Shown here piece after piece: positions 27,768 to 38,175 of a stretch of 64,000 nt of DNA. Made by a program: the position numbers and the translations under genes. The notes under the pieces are model-generated. The model was not told where the DNA came from and did not search any database. It was given only the letters and a program-made list of their open reading frames with translations. The stretch is taken from positions 3,943,923 to 4,007,922 of the forward strand of contig OY759598.1 in the NCBI GenBank assembly GCA_963662435.1, in the 5' to 3' direction. The DNA comes from Dehalococcoidia bacterium. GTDB lineage: Bacteria > Chloroflexota > Dehalococcoidia > Lucifugimonadales > VXLM01. Each line of letters opens with the position of its first letter. Position 1 is the first letter of the stretch.

Positions 27768-28019
27768 ATGAAGAGGCCCCCGGAGGAGCGGGGGACGGAC
27801 CGTCGTCCGGCTCGACGCGGCGGCCCTGGGGAGACAGCTCGCTCTGCTGAGCTCTCCCCGGAACCGGCCCGCCGGGAAGGTCTGCAACAGACTCGGTTAC
27901 GTGTCGATTCCGGCCAGCGGGGTGCGGTCGCCCTCCGGTCGCATCCGCCGCCGGATGCAAGAGGCCTTGGGAACAACAACCAAGAGCTTTGCGACATGGA
28001 GGTTAGCAATGAACCGTAA
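27768..28019 (+). pseudogene. Degenerate, frameshifted XRE-HTH gene
   Basis: One frame reads VVRLDAAALGRQLALL...GYVSIPASGVRSPSGRIRRRMQEALG, resembling HTH3 of the 12684-13598 protein. The ATG and the likely C-terminus lie in another frame. Confidence 0.55.
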
Positions 28020-28299
28020 CGCACCGTGCTGTTTCGACAGGCACACCAACCACATCTACTCAGTCGGCGGGATGCAGCCCATTCTGGGCAGCGACCTGCC
28101 CGAAGACTTCCCCCGGAGGCTGGAGCTCCTCAAGGAGGCCAGCGGCCTCTCCTGGCGCGGCATGGCCAGGGCCATCGGCATCGACTACAAGCTGCTGCTC
28201 AGGTGGCGCAAGGGCGCCGTGCCCAGCGGAGGCTCGATGTACTCCCTGCTCCTGTTCGCCTGCCAGGTCCGCAGAGGCCTTCAGATACTCCTCGGATAG
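28009..28299 (+). CDS. XRE family HTH regulator
   Basis: FPRRLELLKEASGLSWRGMARAIGIDYKLLLRWRKGAVPS; GGAGG precedes ATG 28009. Confidence 0.8.
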   Translation: MNRNAPCCFDRHTNHIYSVGGMQPILGSDLPEDFPRRLELLKEASGLSWRGMARAIGIDYKLLLRWRKGAVPSGGSMYSLLLFACQVRRGLQILLG

Positions 28300-28497
28300 G
28301 GGGTTCCGGATGACCTTCTTCAAGGACTAGCGGACATGCCCCGCCGGCGTCGTGAACGGCGCATCGGCGGCGCGGCGGGGTAGGACACGACAACGCCGCC
28401 GGGCGCTCGCACCGATCCGTCCGTGCCCGGCGGCCCACACAAACACTGTAACGAGAGGCCAGCGGCATAACACGAACCGCCGCTGCGACTGTGAAAC

Positions 28498-28761
28498 ATG
28501 AAAGACACCAATAGACAGAATGCAAGGAACAGGCAAAAGAAGAGACGCGAACTGGACGCCCCCGGACCTTCCTCCGACAGGCCGATGGAGTCCTACACCC
28601 CGGCGCAGCAGAGGATGGTCCGCAACGGGCTGCGCATCCTGGCCAAGGTCGCCATACGAGCACACCTGCGAAGGAGTGCAGGGCGCCTCGATTCAGCGGG
28701 GGACGGCGACGGGCGGCGAGGAGACTTAGGGGACGACTCCGAGGGACGACGTGGTGTCTGA
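28498..28761 (+). CDS. Small basic hypothetical protein
   Basis: 87-aa ORF with amphipathic helix YTPAQQRMVRNGLRILAKVAIRAHLRR, co-oriented with the recombinase. Confidence 0.55.
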   Translation: MKDTNRQNARNRQKKRRELDAPGPSSDRPMESYTPAQQRMVRNGLRILAKVAIRAHLRRSAGRLDSAGDGDGRRGDLGDDSEGRRGV

Positions 28762-28798
28762 GCCTAACGACCGGCGCAGGGCTGCGCGAATCGCGAGC

Positions 28799-29563
28799 TT
28801 AGACCGGCTGGAAGGTCGAGGCGTCCTCGCCAACCCACTTGCGGATGAGGTCGTTCAAAGAACCGTCCAACTTCATCTCGGCCAGAGCCGAGTTCAGCTT
28901 CGCCAGCAGGTTGTTGTTGTTGCGCACGCCTATCCCTATGCCCCGGTCCAGCAGCACAGAGGGGCCGACGACGGCCAGCCGCCCCTCATACTCCGAGAGC
29001 TTCTCCGTGGCATAGGCGTGGTCCACCAGCATCGCGTCGATGTCGCCGTTCAGCAGCGCCGCCAGCCGGTCGTCCTCGTCGCTGAACTCCGTGTACGCAA
29101 TGCCCCGTTCCGTGAAGTAGTCCGAGTAGATGGTGTTGGCGTAGGCTGCGAGCCGACCCTCAACGGCATCGTCGCCCGCTCCTTCAAGGGCCAGATAGAC
29201 GGACGGAGTGGGAGGGTAGTACGGCTCGGTGAAGTCGATGGTCATGTCCCGCTTGCCGGTGATGCTCATACCGGCGATGATGGCGTCGAACTCCCCCGCC
29301 ACCAGGTCCGGGATCATGGGCTCCCATTCGTTCAGCACCCACTCGCACGCAAGCTCGGCCCTGCGGCACAACTCGTCGCCGAGCTCGCGCTCCAAACCGT
29401 CGATCTCGCCGTCGTCGTTGATGAAGTTGAAAGGGTGGTAGTCGCCCTCCGTGGCCAGGCGCACCGGCTCCGCGTCGTCATTGCACGCGAGCGCCAGCCC
29501 ACCGACCGCGACGATCATGATTGCCAAGAGGAGCTTCCACAGAGACCGCCTGAAAATCCCCAA
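28799..29563 (-). CDS. Polar amino-acid ABC transporter substrate-binding lipoprotein (SBP family 3), orphan
   Basis: Lipobox LALAC, ATEGDYHPFNF, FDAIIAGMSIT and IDFTEPYY. Confidence 0.9.
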   Translation of the reverse strand: MGIFRRSLWKLLLAIMIVAVGGLALACNDDAEPVRLATEGDYHPFNFINDDGEIDGLERELGDELCRRAELACEWVLNEWEPMIPDLVAGEFDAIIAGMSITGKRDMTIDFTEPYYPPTPSVYLALEGAGDDAVEGRLAAYANTIYSDYFTERGIAYTEFSDEDDRLAALLNGDIDAMLVDHAYATEKLSEYEGRLAVVGPSVLLDRGIGIGVRNNNNLLAKLNSALAEMKLDGSLNDLIRKWVGEDASTFQPV

Positions 29564-29721
29564 CAGAATGAGCCTCGCTATAGTAATGTCTTGCCCCTAT
29601 TTTACGCTGTTTAGACTGCGCGAAACAGGGGCGCGACCCTTGACGGAGACATCCCGATTCGTTCATGATAAGAGTAAGACTGAGCAATACCAAGACAGGC
29701 AAAAAAGGGGACATGCTCACC

Positions 29722-29919
29722 ATGCCCAGGACCACCGACACCATCACGTTCTCGCTTCCACCGGAGCTGGCCCAGCGCGTGCGGCAGGTGGTAGTGGAGG
29801 AGCAGCGTACCGTGAGCGAGCTTCTGCGGGAGGCCATCCGCCTATACATGGAGGAAAGGGAGTGGCGCATCAAGCAACGGACGGAGCGGCGACGATCGGG
29901 TCAGGCCGAACAGGATTGA
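29722..29919 (+). CDS. Ribbon-helix-helix (CopG-like) protein
   Basis: TITFSLPPELAQRV...RTVSELLREAIRLY; ATG 29713 is an alternative start. Confidence 0.85.
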   Translation: MPRTTDTITFSLPPELAQRVRQVVVEEQRTVSELLREAIRLYMEEREWRIKQRTERRRSGQAEQD

Positions 29920-29938
29920 ACAGAAGGAGGAGACACAG

Positions 29939-31738
29939 ATGAGTGAACGACACGACTACACGCCCGTGGCCCTCTACGCCAGGGTCTCCAGCGACCGCCA
30001 GGACGTGGACCTCTCCGTAGCCGCACAGCTAAGGGCGCTCAGGGATTACGCCCAAAAGAATGGCTACTCCGTCGCCCGCGAGTACGTGGACGAGGCCGAG
30101 AGCGGACGCGTCGCCGACCGCCCGGAGTTCCGCAAGATGATCGACGAGGCCGCCAAGCCAGAGGCCCCATTTAGGGAAATCCTCGTTTGGAAATTTAGTA
30201 GATTCACCAGAAAGCGCGAGCACGCCGTCGCCTTCAAGTCCATGCTCAGACGCAAGGGCGTCCGCGTCGTCTCCATTACCGAGCAGGCCGAGGACACCGC
30301 CACCGGAAGGCTCCTTGAGGGAATCATCGAGTCGGTGGACGAATTCTACTCGGAAAATCTTGCCGAGGAGGTCCGACGGGGAATGCGGGAGGCGGCCTCT
30401 CGCGGCTTCTGGGTCGCCAGCAGGACGCCCTACGGCTACAACCGCGTCATGGTGCAGGATGGGGCCAAGAAGAGACCCACACTCGAAATCGACCCGGATA
30501 CCTCCCCCGTCGTCAAGCGCATCTTCGACATGGCCGAGTCCGCCACGGGGATGACCGAGATCACTCGAACACTGAACAGCGAGGGCATCGCCAGCGCCAC
30601 GGGCAAACTCTGGTCCAAGAACGGCGTCCACTTCATCCTCAAGAACGAGGTCTATACGGGAACTCTTCTCTGGGGCGCTACCGGCAAGGGCAAGGCCGAC
30701 CCGGTGCGGATCGAGAAGGCTTTCCCGTCCATCGTCTCAAAGGCCCAGTTCAAGCGTGTCAACAGGCTGATGCGCTCCCGCGCCCCGAAGAGGACGCACC
30801 CCCGCAGGGTGGGAAGCACCTACCTTCTCAGCGGCCTGGTCCGCTGCAAGTCCTGCAACAGGGCGCTCTCCGGCCAGGACGCCAAGAGCGGACAGTTCGC
30901 CTACTACGTCTGCCAGTCCATCATGAAGCGGGGCAAGGACGCCTGCGAGACTCCCAGGCTCAACGCCCGCCGCTTCGAGGAGATGGTGGTGGAGAAGATA
31001 CGGGAGAACGTTCTCACCGAGTCCAACATCACCGAACTGGTCAAGATCGTGGACGAGGAGATGGACGGCGTGGCGAGTGAGCAGCGCCAGAAGCTTGAGA
31101 CCATCGAGACGGAGCTGGATGAGGTCAAGCGGAAGCTGGGCCGCGTATGGCATCTGGTGGAGAACACCGACCTCGACATGGCCGACGCCTCGGACCGCAT
31201 CAGGGAGCACCGCGAGCGGCAGCAGCGGCTTGAGGATGCAGCGGCAGAGGCCAGGGCCATTCTCTCCCAGCGCAGGGAGGTTCTGGACTACGTGGAGACC
31301 ATCGCGGCCTACGCCCAGGACATGAGCGAGTTCCTCAACGAGAGCGAGTTGACCGAGCGCAGGGCCTTCATCGAGTCATTTGTCAAGGAGATCGTCGTGA
31401 TGCCCGACAATGCCCTCCTGCGGTACACCATCCCCATGCCTCAGGATGGTCCCGTAGGAGGGAAGGACGCCGAGGAGATGGCCCTGAACGGCTCGGTTCT
31501 GTCTACCGTCAAAAATGGTGGAGCTGGGGGGACTCGAACCCCCTACCTCATCCTTGCAAAGGATGCGCTCTCCCTGATGAGCTACAGCCCCACAAATGCG
31601 GTCCTAGTAAGTGGTCCCTCGAATCACGAAGGTTACTTCCTACGACGAAGAAGCCGACAGGTTCCATTGTACGGCGCACGGATGACAAAAAAAAGGGGCC
31701 GAGTTACCTCGGCCCCAACCTTAACCGCTGGACAGTGA
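29939..31738 (+). CDS. Large serine recombinase (resolvase + recombinase + Zn-ribbon + coiled coil)
   Basis: YARVSS catalytic motif, SRFTR, PYGY, LSGLVRCKSC...YYVC and a coiled coil; AAGGAGG RBS. The last ~74 codons lie in host tRNA/rrn-trailer DNA. Confidence 0.95.
   Translation: MSERHDYTPVALYARVSSDRQDVDLSVAAQLRALRDYAQKNGYSVAREYVDEAESGRVADRPEFRKMIDEAAKPEAPFREILVWKFSRFTRKREHAVAFKSMLRRKGVRVVSITEQAEDTATGRLLEGIIESVDEFYSENLAEEVRRGMREAASRGFWVASRTPYGYNRVMVQDGAKKRPTLEIDPDTSPVVKRIFDMAESATGMTEITRTLNSEGIASATGKLWSKNGVHFILKNEVYTGTLLWGATGKGKADPVRIEKAFPSIVSKAQFKRVNRLMRSRAPKRTHPRRVGSTYLLSGLVRCKSCNRALSGQDAKSGQFAYYVCQSIMKRGKDACETPRLNARRFEEMVVEKIRENVLTESNITELVKIVDEEMDGVASEQRQKLETIETELDEVKRKLGRVWHLVENTDLDMADASDRIREHRERQQRLEDAAAEARAILSQRREVLDYVETIAAYAQDMSEFLNESELTERRAFIESFVKEIVVMPDNALLRYTIPMPQDGPVGGKDAEEMALNGSVLSTVKNGGAGGTRTPYLILAKDALSLMSYSPTNAVLVSGPSNHEGYFLRRRSRQVPLYGARMTKKRGRVTSAPTLTAGQ
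31516..31591 (-). tRNA. tRNA-Ala(TGC)
   Basis: GGGGCTGTAGCTCATCAGGGAGAGCGCATCCTTTGCAAGGATGAGGTAGGGGGTTCGAGTCCCCCCAGCTCCACCA: cloverleaf, G3-U70 pair, encoded CCA. Confidence 0.97.
31687..31716 (-). terminator. Intrinsic terminator ending the 16S transcript
   Basis: Minus strand reads GGGGCCGAG-gtaa-CTCGGCCCC followed by T8. Confidence 0.85.
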
Positions 31739-31942
31739 AAGGAAATCTAGAGTTTCTGTGTGAACCGATGCTCCGAATTGCTCGGAGCACATATGAACGG
31801 TGAGTTTTCTATGGACGGTCTTCATCCTCCGAGGAGCTCTCCCCGACTTACGTCGAGGTCCGGCTCAACCCAGCATCCGAGAGACCGCCACCCACCGATC
31901 GACCTAGGAGCTCTCCGACGAATCGGAGAAGTCCCTACTCCC

Positions 31943-33447
<1,505 letters not shown>

Positions 33448-33525
33448 TAACGATTTCCTTTCACTATCCAGTTGTTAAGGTGCAATACCTGTACCGCCCA
33501 CGTACTCTGCGCGGCACGGACAAAC

Positions 33526-33554
33526 ATCATACCGCGCACTCCCCGACGTGTCAA
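33526..33554 (-). promoter_or_regulatory. Sigma70-type rRNA promoter
   Basis: TTGACA-17bp-TATGAT. Confidence 0.85.
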
Positions 33555-33614
33555 CTGATATATGCAGGAATCGACAGGCAATCACTCTTGGAATTGGCAA
33601 GGACACCATTTACT

Positions 33615-33668
33615 GTCACTTCGGCGAAAGAGCGTCACCCCGTACTCCAATACGGGGCCGAAGTCCAG
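33615..33668. repeat. REP-like hairpin containing the CCCCGTA-N6-TACGGGG palindrome
   Basis: GTCACTTCGGC...CCCCGTACTCCAATACGGGG...GCCGAAGTCCAG, with nested inverted repeats. Confidence 0.6.
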
Positions 33669-33893
33669 AAGTATGGGCTGGGAGGCTCTCCCAAGACTGG
33701 CTGTAATTTGCAATTGCTCTTGCGAGAATCGGCTTCCTGGCTCCGACGACCCAATAGAGCTTATGCGCACTCGGCAGGACCCAACCCCTAACCGGTATCG
33801 CCGTGCAGGAACCGAGTCTCACGTCCGTACCCTGCCGTGGTCGGATGACCTACGTATTTTGACTCGCACTTCCCTCAACCATATAATCTCGGT

Positions 33894-34928
33894 ATGAATG
33901 ACCTTCAGACGGATGCCGTAGCATTGACGCCCCTTTCATCCTCCTGTAACCCCGACCTACTCGAAATGTACCGGCAGATGGTCCTCTGCCGGACACTCGA
34001 CGAGCGGGTCTGGATGCTCAACCGGCAGGGCAAGGCCGCCATCGTCGCCTCAGCGCAAGGGCACGAGGCGGCGCAGATCGGGAGTGTACGTGCTCTCAGA
34101 GTTGGACAGGACCACTTCTACATCTACTATCGCGACCTGGCGGTGCTGGTCGCCTTGGGCCTGACGCCACGCGGGATCATGCTGGGCTTCACGGCGAAAG
34201 CCGGCGAACCCCTCGCGGGCGCGCGCCAGTTCCCCACACACGGAGCGTCGCCGCGCCACCGAATGGTCAATCTTTCCAACGTCGTAGGCACGCAGATACC
34301 TCAGGCCGTCGGCTCAGCCCTCGCCTCGAAGATGCGTGGAGAAGACACCGTGACTATCGTCTACTTCGGCGATGGCGCTTCGAGCGTCGGTGACTGCCAC
34401 GAGGCGATGAACTACGCCGCAGTCCATAAGTTGCCGGTCATCTTTCTTTGCGAGAACAACGGCTACGCAATTTCCGTGCCCCTGGACCTGCAGATGGCTG
34501 TCGACAGTGTCGCAGGTCGAGCCGAGGGCTACGGAATGCCCGGAGTCGTCGTGGACGGCACGGACATCACCGCCGTCTACGAGGCCACTTCCGAGGCAGC
34601 GAGCCGTGCTCGCTCCGGGAACGGGCCAACCATCATAGAAGCCATGGTCGAGAGATACCTACCCCACACAAGCGATGACGATGACAGCCGGTACCGGCTC
34701 CGAGAGGACATAGAGAAAGCCCGCGAGCGCGACCCCGTGCGAATGCTGCAAGAGCAGCTCCTCGCGGACGGACTGTTGAGCGAAAAGGACGACAAGAAAT
34801 TTCACGACGACGCGAAGCGAGAAGTGAACGAAGCCACTGACTCCATCGAAGCGGCCCCGTACCCAACGACTGAGGACTTCTTCAAGCACGTCTATGCCGA
34901 CACTACCCACCCCGACACGGCTCCATAG
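33894..34928 (+). CDS. bkdAA: Branched-chain 2-oxoacid dehydrogenase E1 alpha
   Basis: TPP motif GDGA...ENN, YYRD and PHTSDDD. Confidence 0.9.
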   Translation: MNDLQTDAVALTPLSSSCNPDLLEMYRQMVLCRTLDERVWMLNRQGKAAIVASAQGHEAAQIGSVRALRVGQDHFYIYYRDLAVLVALGLTPRGIMLGFTAKAGEPLAGARQFPTHGASPRHRMVNLSNVVGTQIPQAVGSALASKMRGEDTVTIVYFGDGASSVGDCHEAMNYAAVHKLPVIFLCENNGYAISVPLDLQMAVDSVAGRAEGYGMPGVVVDGTDITAVYEATSEAASRARSGNGPTIIEAMVERYLPHTSDDDDSRYRLREDIEKARERDPVRMLQEQLLADGLLSEKDDKKFHDDAKREVNEATDSIEAAPYPTTEDFFKHVYADTTHPDTAP

Positions 34929-34998
34929 CTGCGGAACGACCTCCTCAATCTCTCGAATTGGTATCGAAATACTCGCCTAAACGAAAGGGAGCATAACA

Positions 34999-35982
34999 AT
35001 AGCCCTCCAGACGGTCATAGAGGCAGTACGGGACGCGATGCGCGAGGAGATGCGACGCGACGATCGTGTCTTCGTCTTGGGCGAGGACATCGGTGCCCGC
35101 GGTGGCGTCTTCCTGGCAACGGATGGCTTCATCGAGGAATTCGGCCCTGAGCGGGTCATCGATACGCCGCTGGCCGAATCGTCAATTGCAGGAATCGCCC
35201 TCGGCGCCGCAATGAACGGGATGCGGCCCATCGCCGAGATCGAGTTCGCCGACTTCATCTGGCCCACGATAAACCAGATTGTCGGTGAGGCCGCCCGTGT
35301 GCGGTACGGCACCGCAGGCCAACTCAACGTCCCGCTCGTCCTTCGCGCTCCTCAGGGTGGCGGTGTCCGTGGCGGTCTCTACCACTCCCAGAGCGCCGAG
35401 GCATTCTTCGGCCACACCCCCGGCCTCAAGGTCGTCACCCCCGCGACGCCATACGATGCCAAGGGCCTCCTCAAGAGCGCCATTCGAGATGACGACCCCA
35501 CCGTGTTCTTGGAACACAAGCGCACATACCGCCTCGTCCGTGGCGATGTCCCCGAGGAAGATTATACCGTCCCCATCGGCGTCGCAGATGTGAAACTTCC
35601 CGGCGACGACTTGACCGTCATCACCTACGGTCTCATGCTCCACCACTGCATAGAGGCTGCTCAGATCCTTGAGGGCGAAGGGGTCGGCGTAGAAGTCGTC
35701 GACCTTCGGACCATCCGGCCACTAGATGGGGAGACCATCCTGGCGTCCGCCAAGAAGACCGGCAAAGTGCTCGTGGTCCACGAGGACACCAAGCTGCTCG
35801 GCGTAGGCGGCGAGGTGGCCGCAATAGTCGCTGAGCACGCCTTCGAATACCTCGACGGTCCCGTCATGCGGCTCGCTGGACCGGAAGTGCCACCCATGCC
35901 ATTCAGCCCGACGTTGGAAGCCGTGTTCCTCCTCGACACCGACCGCATCGTTGAGTCAATGCGCACTCTGGCAGCCTATTAG
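34999..35982 (+). CDS. bkdAB: 2-oxoacid dehydrogenase E1 beta (apparent ATA start at 34999; first ATG at 35038)
   Basis: VFVLGEDIG, DTPLAES, EIEFADF and GGLYHSQS. Confidence 0.92.
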   Translation: MALQTVIEAVRDAMREEMRRDDRVFVLGEDIGARGGVFLATDGFIEEFGPERVIDTPLAESSIAGIALGAAMNGMRPIAEIEFADFIWPTINQIVGEAARVRYGTAGQLNVPLVLRAPQGGGVRGGLYHSQSAEAFFGHTPGLKVVTPATPYDAKGLLKSAIRDDDPTVFLEHKRTYRLVRGDVPEEDYTVPIGVADVKLPGDDLTVITYGLMLHHCIEAAQILEGEGVGVEVVDLRTIRPLDGETILASAKKTGKVLVVHEDTKLLGVGGEVAAIVAEHAFEYLDGPVMRLAGPEVPPMPFSPTLEAVFLLDTDRIVESMRTLAAY

Positions 35983-36027
35983 TACTGTTCCCATCTGAAT
36001 ATGACAGTCGAAGAGGGAAGTTCGTAT

Positions 36028-36063
36028 CCCCTCTCCCGTCGTGGGAGAAGGCTAGGGTGAGGG
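36028..36063. repeat. REP-like intergenic element
   Basis: CCCCTCTCCC-gtcgt-GGGAGAAGG-CTAGGGTGAGGG. Confidence 0.55.
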
Positions 36064-36180
36064 CATTCTGAGTAAGCAACCAGAATCACTTGGAACCAGT
36101 ACTAGTGAATGTGTAAGGTCCAATACCCTTAACTCGGCTGAAACTGACATAGAGAACACAGCACAAGAACGAGGAAGCGA

Positions 36181-37434
36181 ATGAGGATCACACTGCCGCA
36201 CGTCGGGGAGTCCGTAACCGAGGCCGTCATCGAACGATGGCTAAAGCAAGTCGGCGACCGTGTCGAAAAGTACGAGCCGCTCGCCGAGGTGGTTACCGAC
36301 AAGGTAAGCATGGAGATGCCGTCACCCGTCGAGGGCGTGTTGACCGGCATCCTGGTAGATGCCGGAAAGACTATCCCTATGGGCACCGAGATCGCTGAAA
36401 TAGCAACCGATGCTGAAGAAGCCCCCGCTGTCGAGGATACCTCCGCAAAGCAGGCTTCGACGGGGCCGAAGTCGCTCGATCGGATCGGAACTCTCGTCAA
36501 GGACGCAACCAACGTCGGCCCCACGGGCTCCGGAGGGCCCATCACCACCGGCGTCGAGGCAAGCAGCCCGCCCACAGGAGCCCGGTACTCCCCTGCCGTT
36601 TTGCGGCTTGCCGAGTTGCACAGCGTCGATCTCTCCCTCGTTTCCGGGTCAGGTCACAATGGCCGGGTGACCCGCAAGGACGTACAAGCCCACATCCACA
36701 CATCGAAGATGGATGGAGGACCAGGCCCTAAACGGACCGGAGAGGACAAGCGGGTTCCCTTAACGGCAATACGCCGAATGATCGCCGAGAACATGACGCG
36801 GAGCGTCTCCCAAATTCCCGAAGCGTGGAGCTCGATGGAAGTCGACATGACCAACGTGATGGCCTCGCGTGAGCAGGTCAAAGACGACTTCGAGCGAAGG
36901 GAGGGTGCGCCCCTTACGCCGCTGGCATTCGCGCTCAAGGTCGTCTCAGAATCACTCAGGGCCAACCCAATCGTAAACTCAACGTGGGCCAACGATGCCA
37001 TCGTGTTGAAGGGTAGGATCAACGTCGGCGTCGCAATCGCGACTGAGCGAGGTCTCCTTGTCCCCGTCATCCCCGACGCCGACCGGCTCAGCGTTGCGGA
37101 ACTCGCCAAGGCGGTCGACGTTCTAGCCTCCAAAGCAAGGGCAAACAAACTCGACATTGCAGACGTGCAGGGAGGAACGTTTACCGTCAACAACACTGGC
37201 GCGCTCGGGTCGGTCACGGGCAAGGGCATCATCAATCACCCACAGGCCGCCATTCTCAACACCGAGTCTATAGTCAAACGACCTGTCATCATAGGAGATG
37301 CGATAGCCATCCGCTCCATGATGAACATCTGCCTCACTTTCGACCACCGCATTATGGACGGACGGGAGGCAGGAGCATTCCTTGCCAACGTCAAGCAGCG
37401 ACTCGAAAGTCTTGATCCCTCCGCGGAAATCTAA
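36181..37434 (+). CDS. bkdB: Dihydrolipoamide acyltransferase E2
   Basis: Lipoyl site TDKV, E3-binding GSGHNGRVTRKDV, catalytic DHRIMDG. Confidence 0.93.
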   Translation: MRITLPHVGESVTEAVIERWLKQVGDRVEKYEPLAEVVTDKVSMEMPSPVEGVLTGILVDAGKTIPMGTEIAEIATDAEEAPAVEDTSAKQASTGPKSLDRIGTLVKDATNVGPTGSGGPITTGVEASSPPTGARYSPAVLRLAELHSVDLSLVSGSGHNGRVTRKDVQAHIHTSKMDGGPGPKRTGEDKRVPLTAIRRMIAENMTRSVSQIPEAWSSMEVDMTNVMASREQVKDDFERREGAPLTPLAFALKVVSESLRANPIVNSTWANDAIVLKGRINVGVAIATERGLLVPVIPDADRLSVAELAKAVDVLASKARANKLDIADVQGGTFTVNNTGALGSVTGKGIINHPQAAILNTESIVKRPVIIGDAIAIRSMMNICLTFDHRIMDGREAGAFLANVKQRLESLDPSAEI

Positions 37435-37439
37435 CGACC

Positions 37440-38138
37440 ATGCAAGACTGCTTGGTCGTTGAAGTGGGATCAATCGACTACCCTGCCGCCCTGGCCCTTC
37501 AGCGTGACCTTCACCATATGGTGGCGAATGACGAACTCCCGGCGGTGCTTCTGCTGCTGCAACACCCACACATATACACTCTCGGCCGTCGTGGCAGCGA
37601 CGCTGACATTCTCGTTTCGACAGCCGACCTCAAAAGACTCGATGCCGACGTGTACCGGACAGATAGGGGAGGCGAGGTGACCTACCACGGCCCCGGACAA
37701 CTCGTCGGCTATCCGATACTCAATCTCCGCGCAACTGGACTAGGCCCTCTTGCCTACGTTCGCGCTCTGGAACGGATCATCATATCCACCCTCGCAGAAC
37801 TCGGTATCGACTCGACGGCGGAAGACAAGCCCACAGGCGTCTGGGTCGACGACGCCAAGATTGCCGCGATTGGTGTCCGCGTCAGCCGCGGCGTGACAAT
37901 GCACGGCTTCGCACTGAACGTGAACCCCGATCTCTCGTACTTCAAGCACATTGTCCCCTGCGGTTTGACCGATGCAAACGTGACATCCATCGTCGATCTA
38001 GGCGTCATTGCGAAGATGGGTGATGTGACTAAGATTCTAGCCGCTGCCTTTGCCCGGACTCTGGCGTTCTCGCCCCGTCCCACGACGCTGGAGTCTTTAC
38101 CTGCTAGTGCCCCGGCAATTGGAACGACCGCCCAATAA
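37440..38138 (+). CDS. lipB: Lipoyl(octanoyl) transferase
   Basis: RGGEVTYHGPGQ, KIAAIG, HGFALN and IVPCG. Confidence 0.96.
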   Translation: MQDCLVVEVGSIDYPAALALQRDLHHMVANDELPAVLLLLQHPHIYTLGRRGSDADILVSTADLKRLDADVYRTDRGGEVTYHGPGQLVGYPILNLRATGLGPLAYVRALERIIISTLAELGIDSTAEDKPTGVWVDDAKIAAIGVRVSRGVTMHGFALNVNPDLSYFKHIVPCGLTDANVTSIVDLGVIAKMGDVTKILAAAFARTLAFSPRPTTLESLPASAPAIGTTAQ

Positions 38139-38175
38139 TCGGCTATAACACCCAACTAACCTTGCGCGGAGCGCC

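Larger units (their letters stand above)
10039..31515. mobile_element. Putative integrative conjugative element integrated at the 3' end of tRNA-Ala(TGC). Left boundary not found; cargo may extend beyond position 1
   Basis: A serine recombinase abuts and overlaps the tRNA CCA end. The region also holds VirB4, VirD4, VirB6-like, pilin and PrgI genes, a relaxase-like gene, a helicase and XRE regulators. Codon usage is visibly more GC-rich than in genes right of the 16S. Confidence 0.85.
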
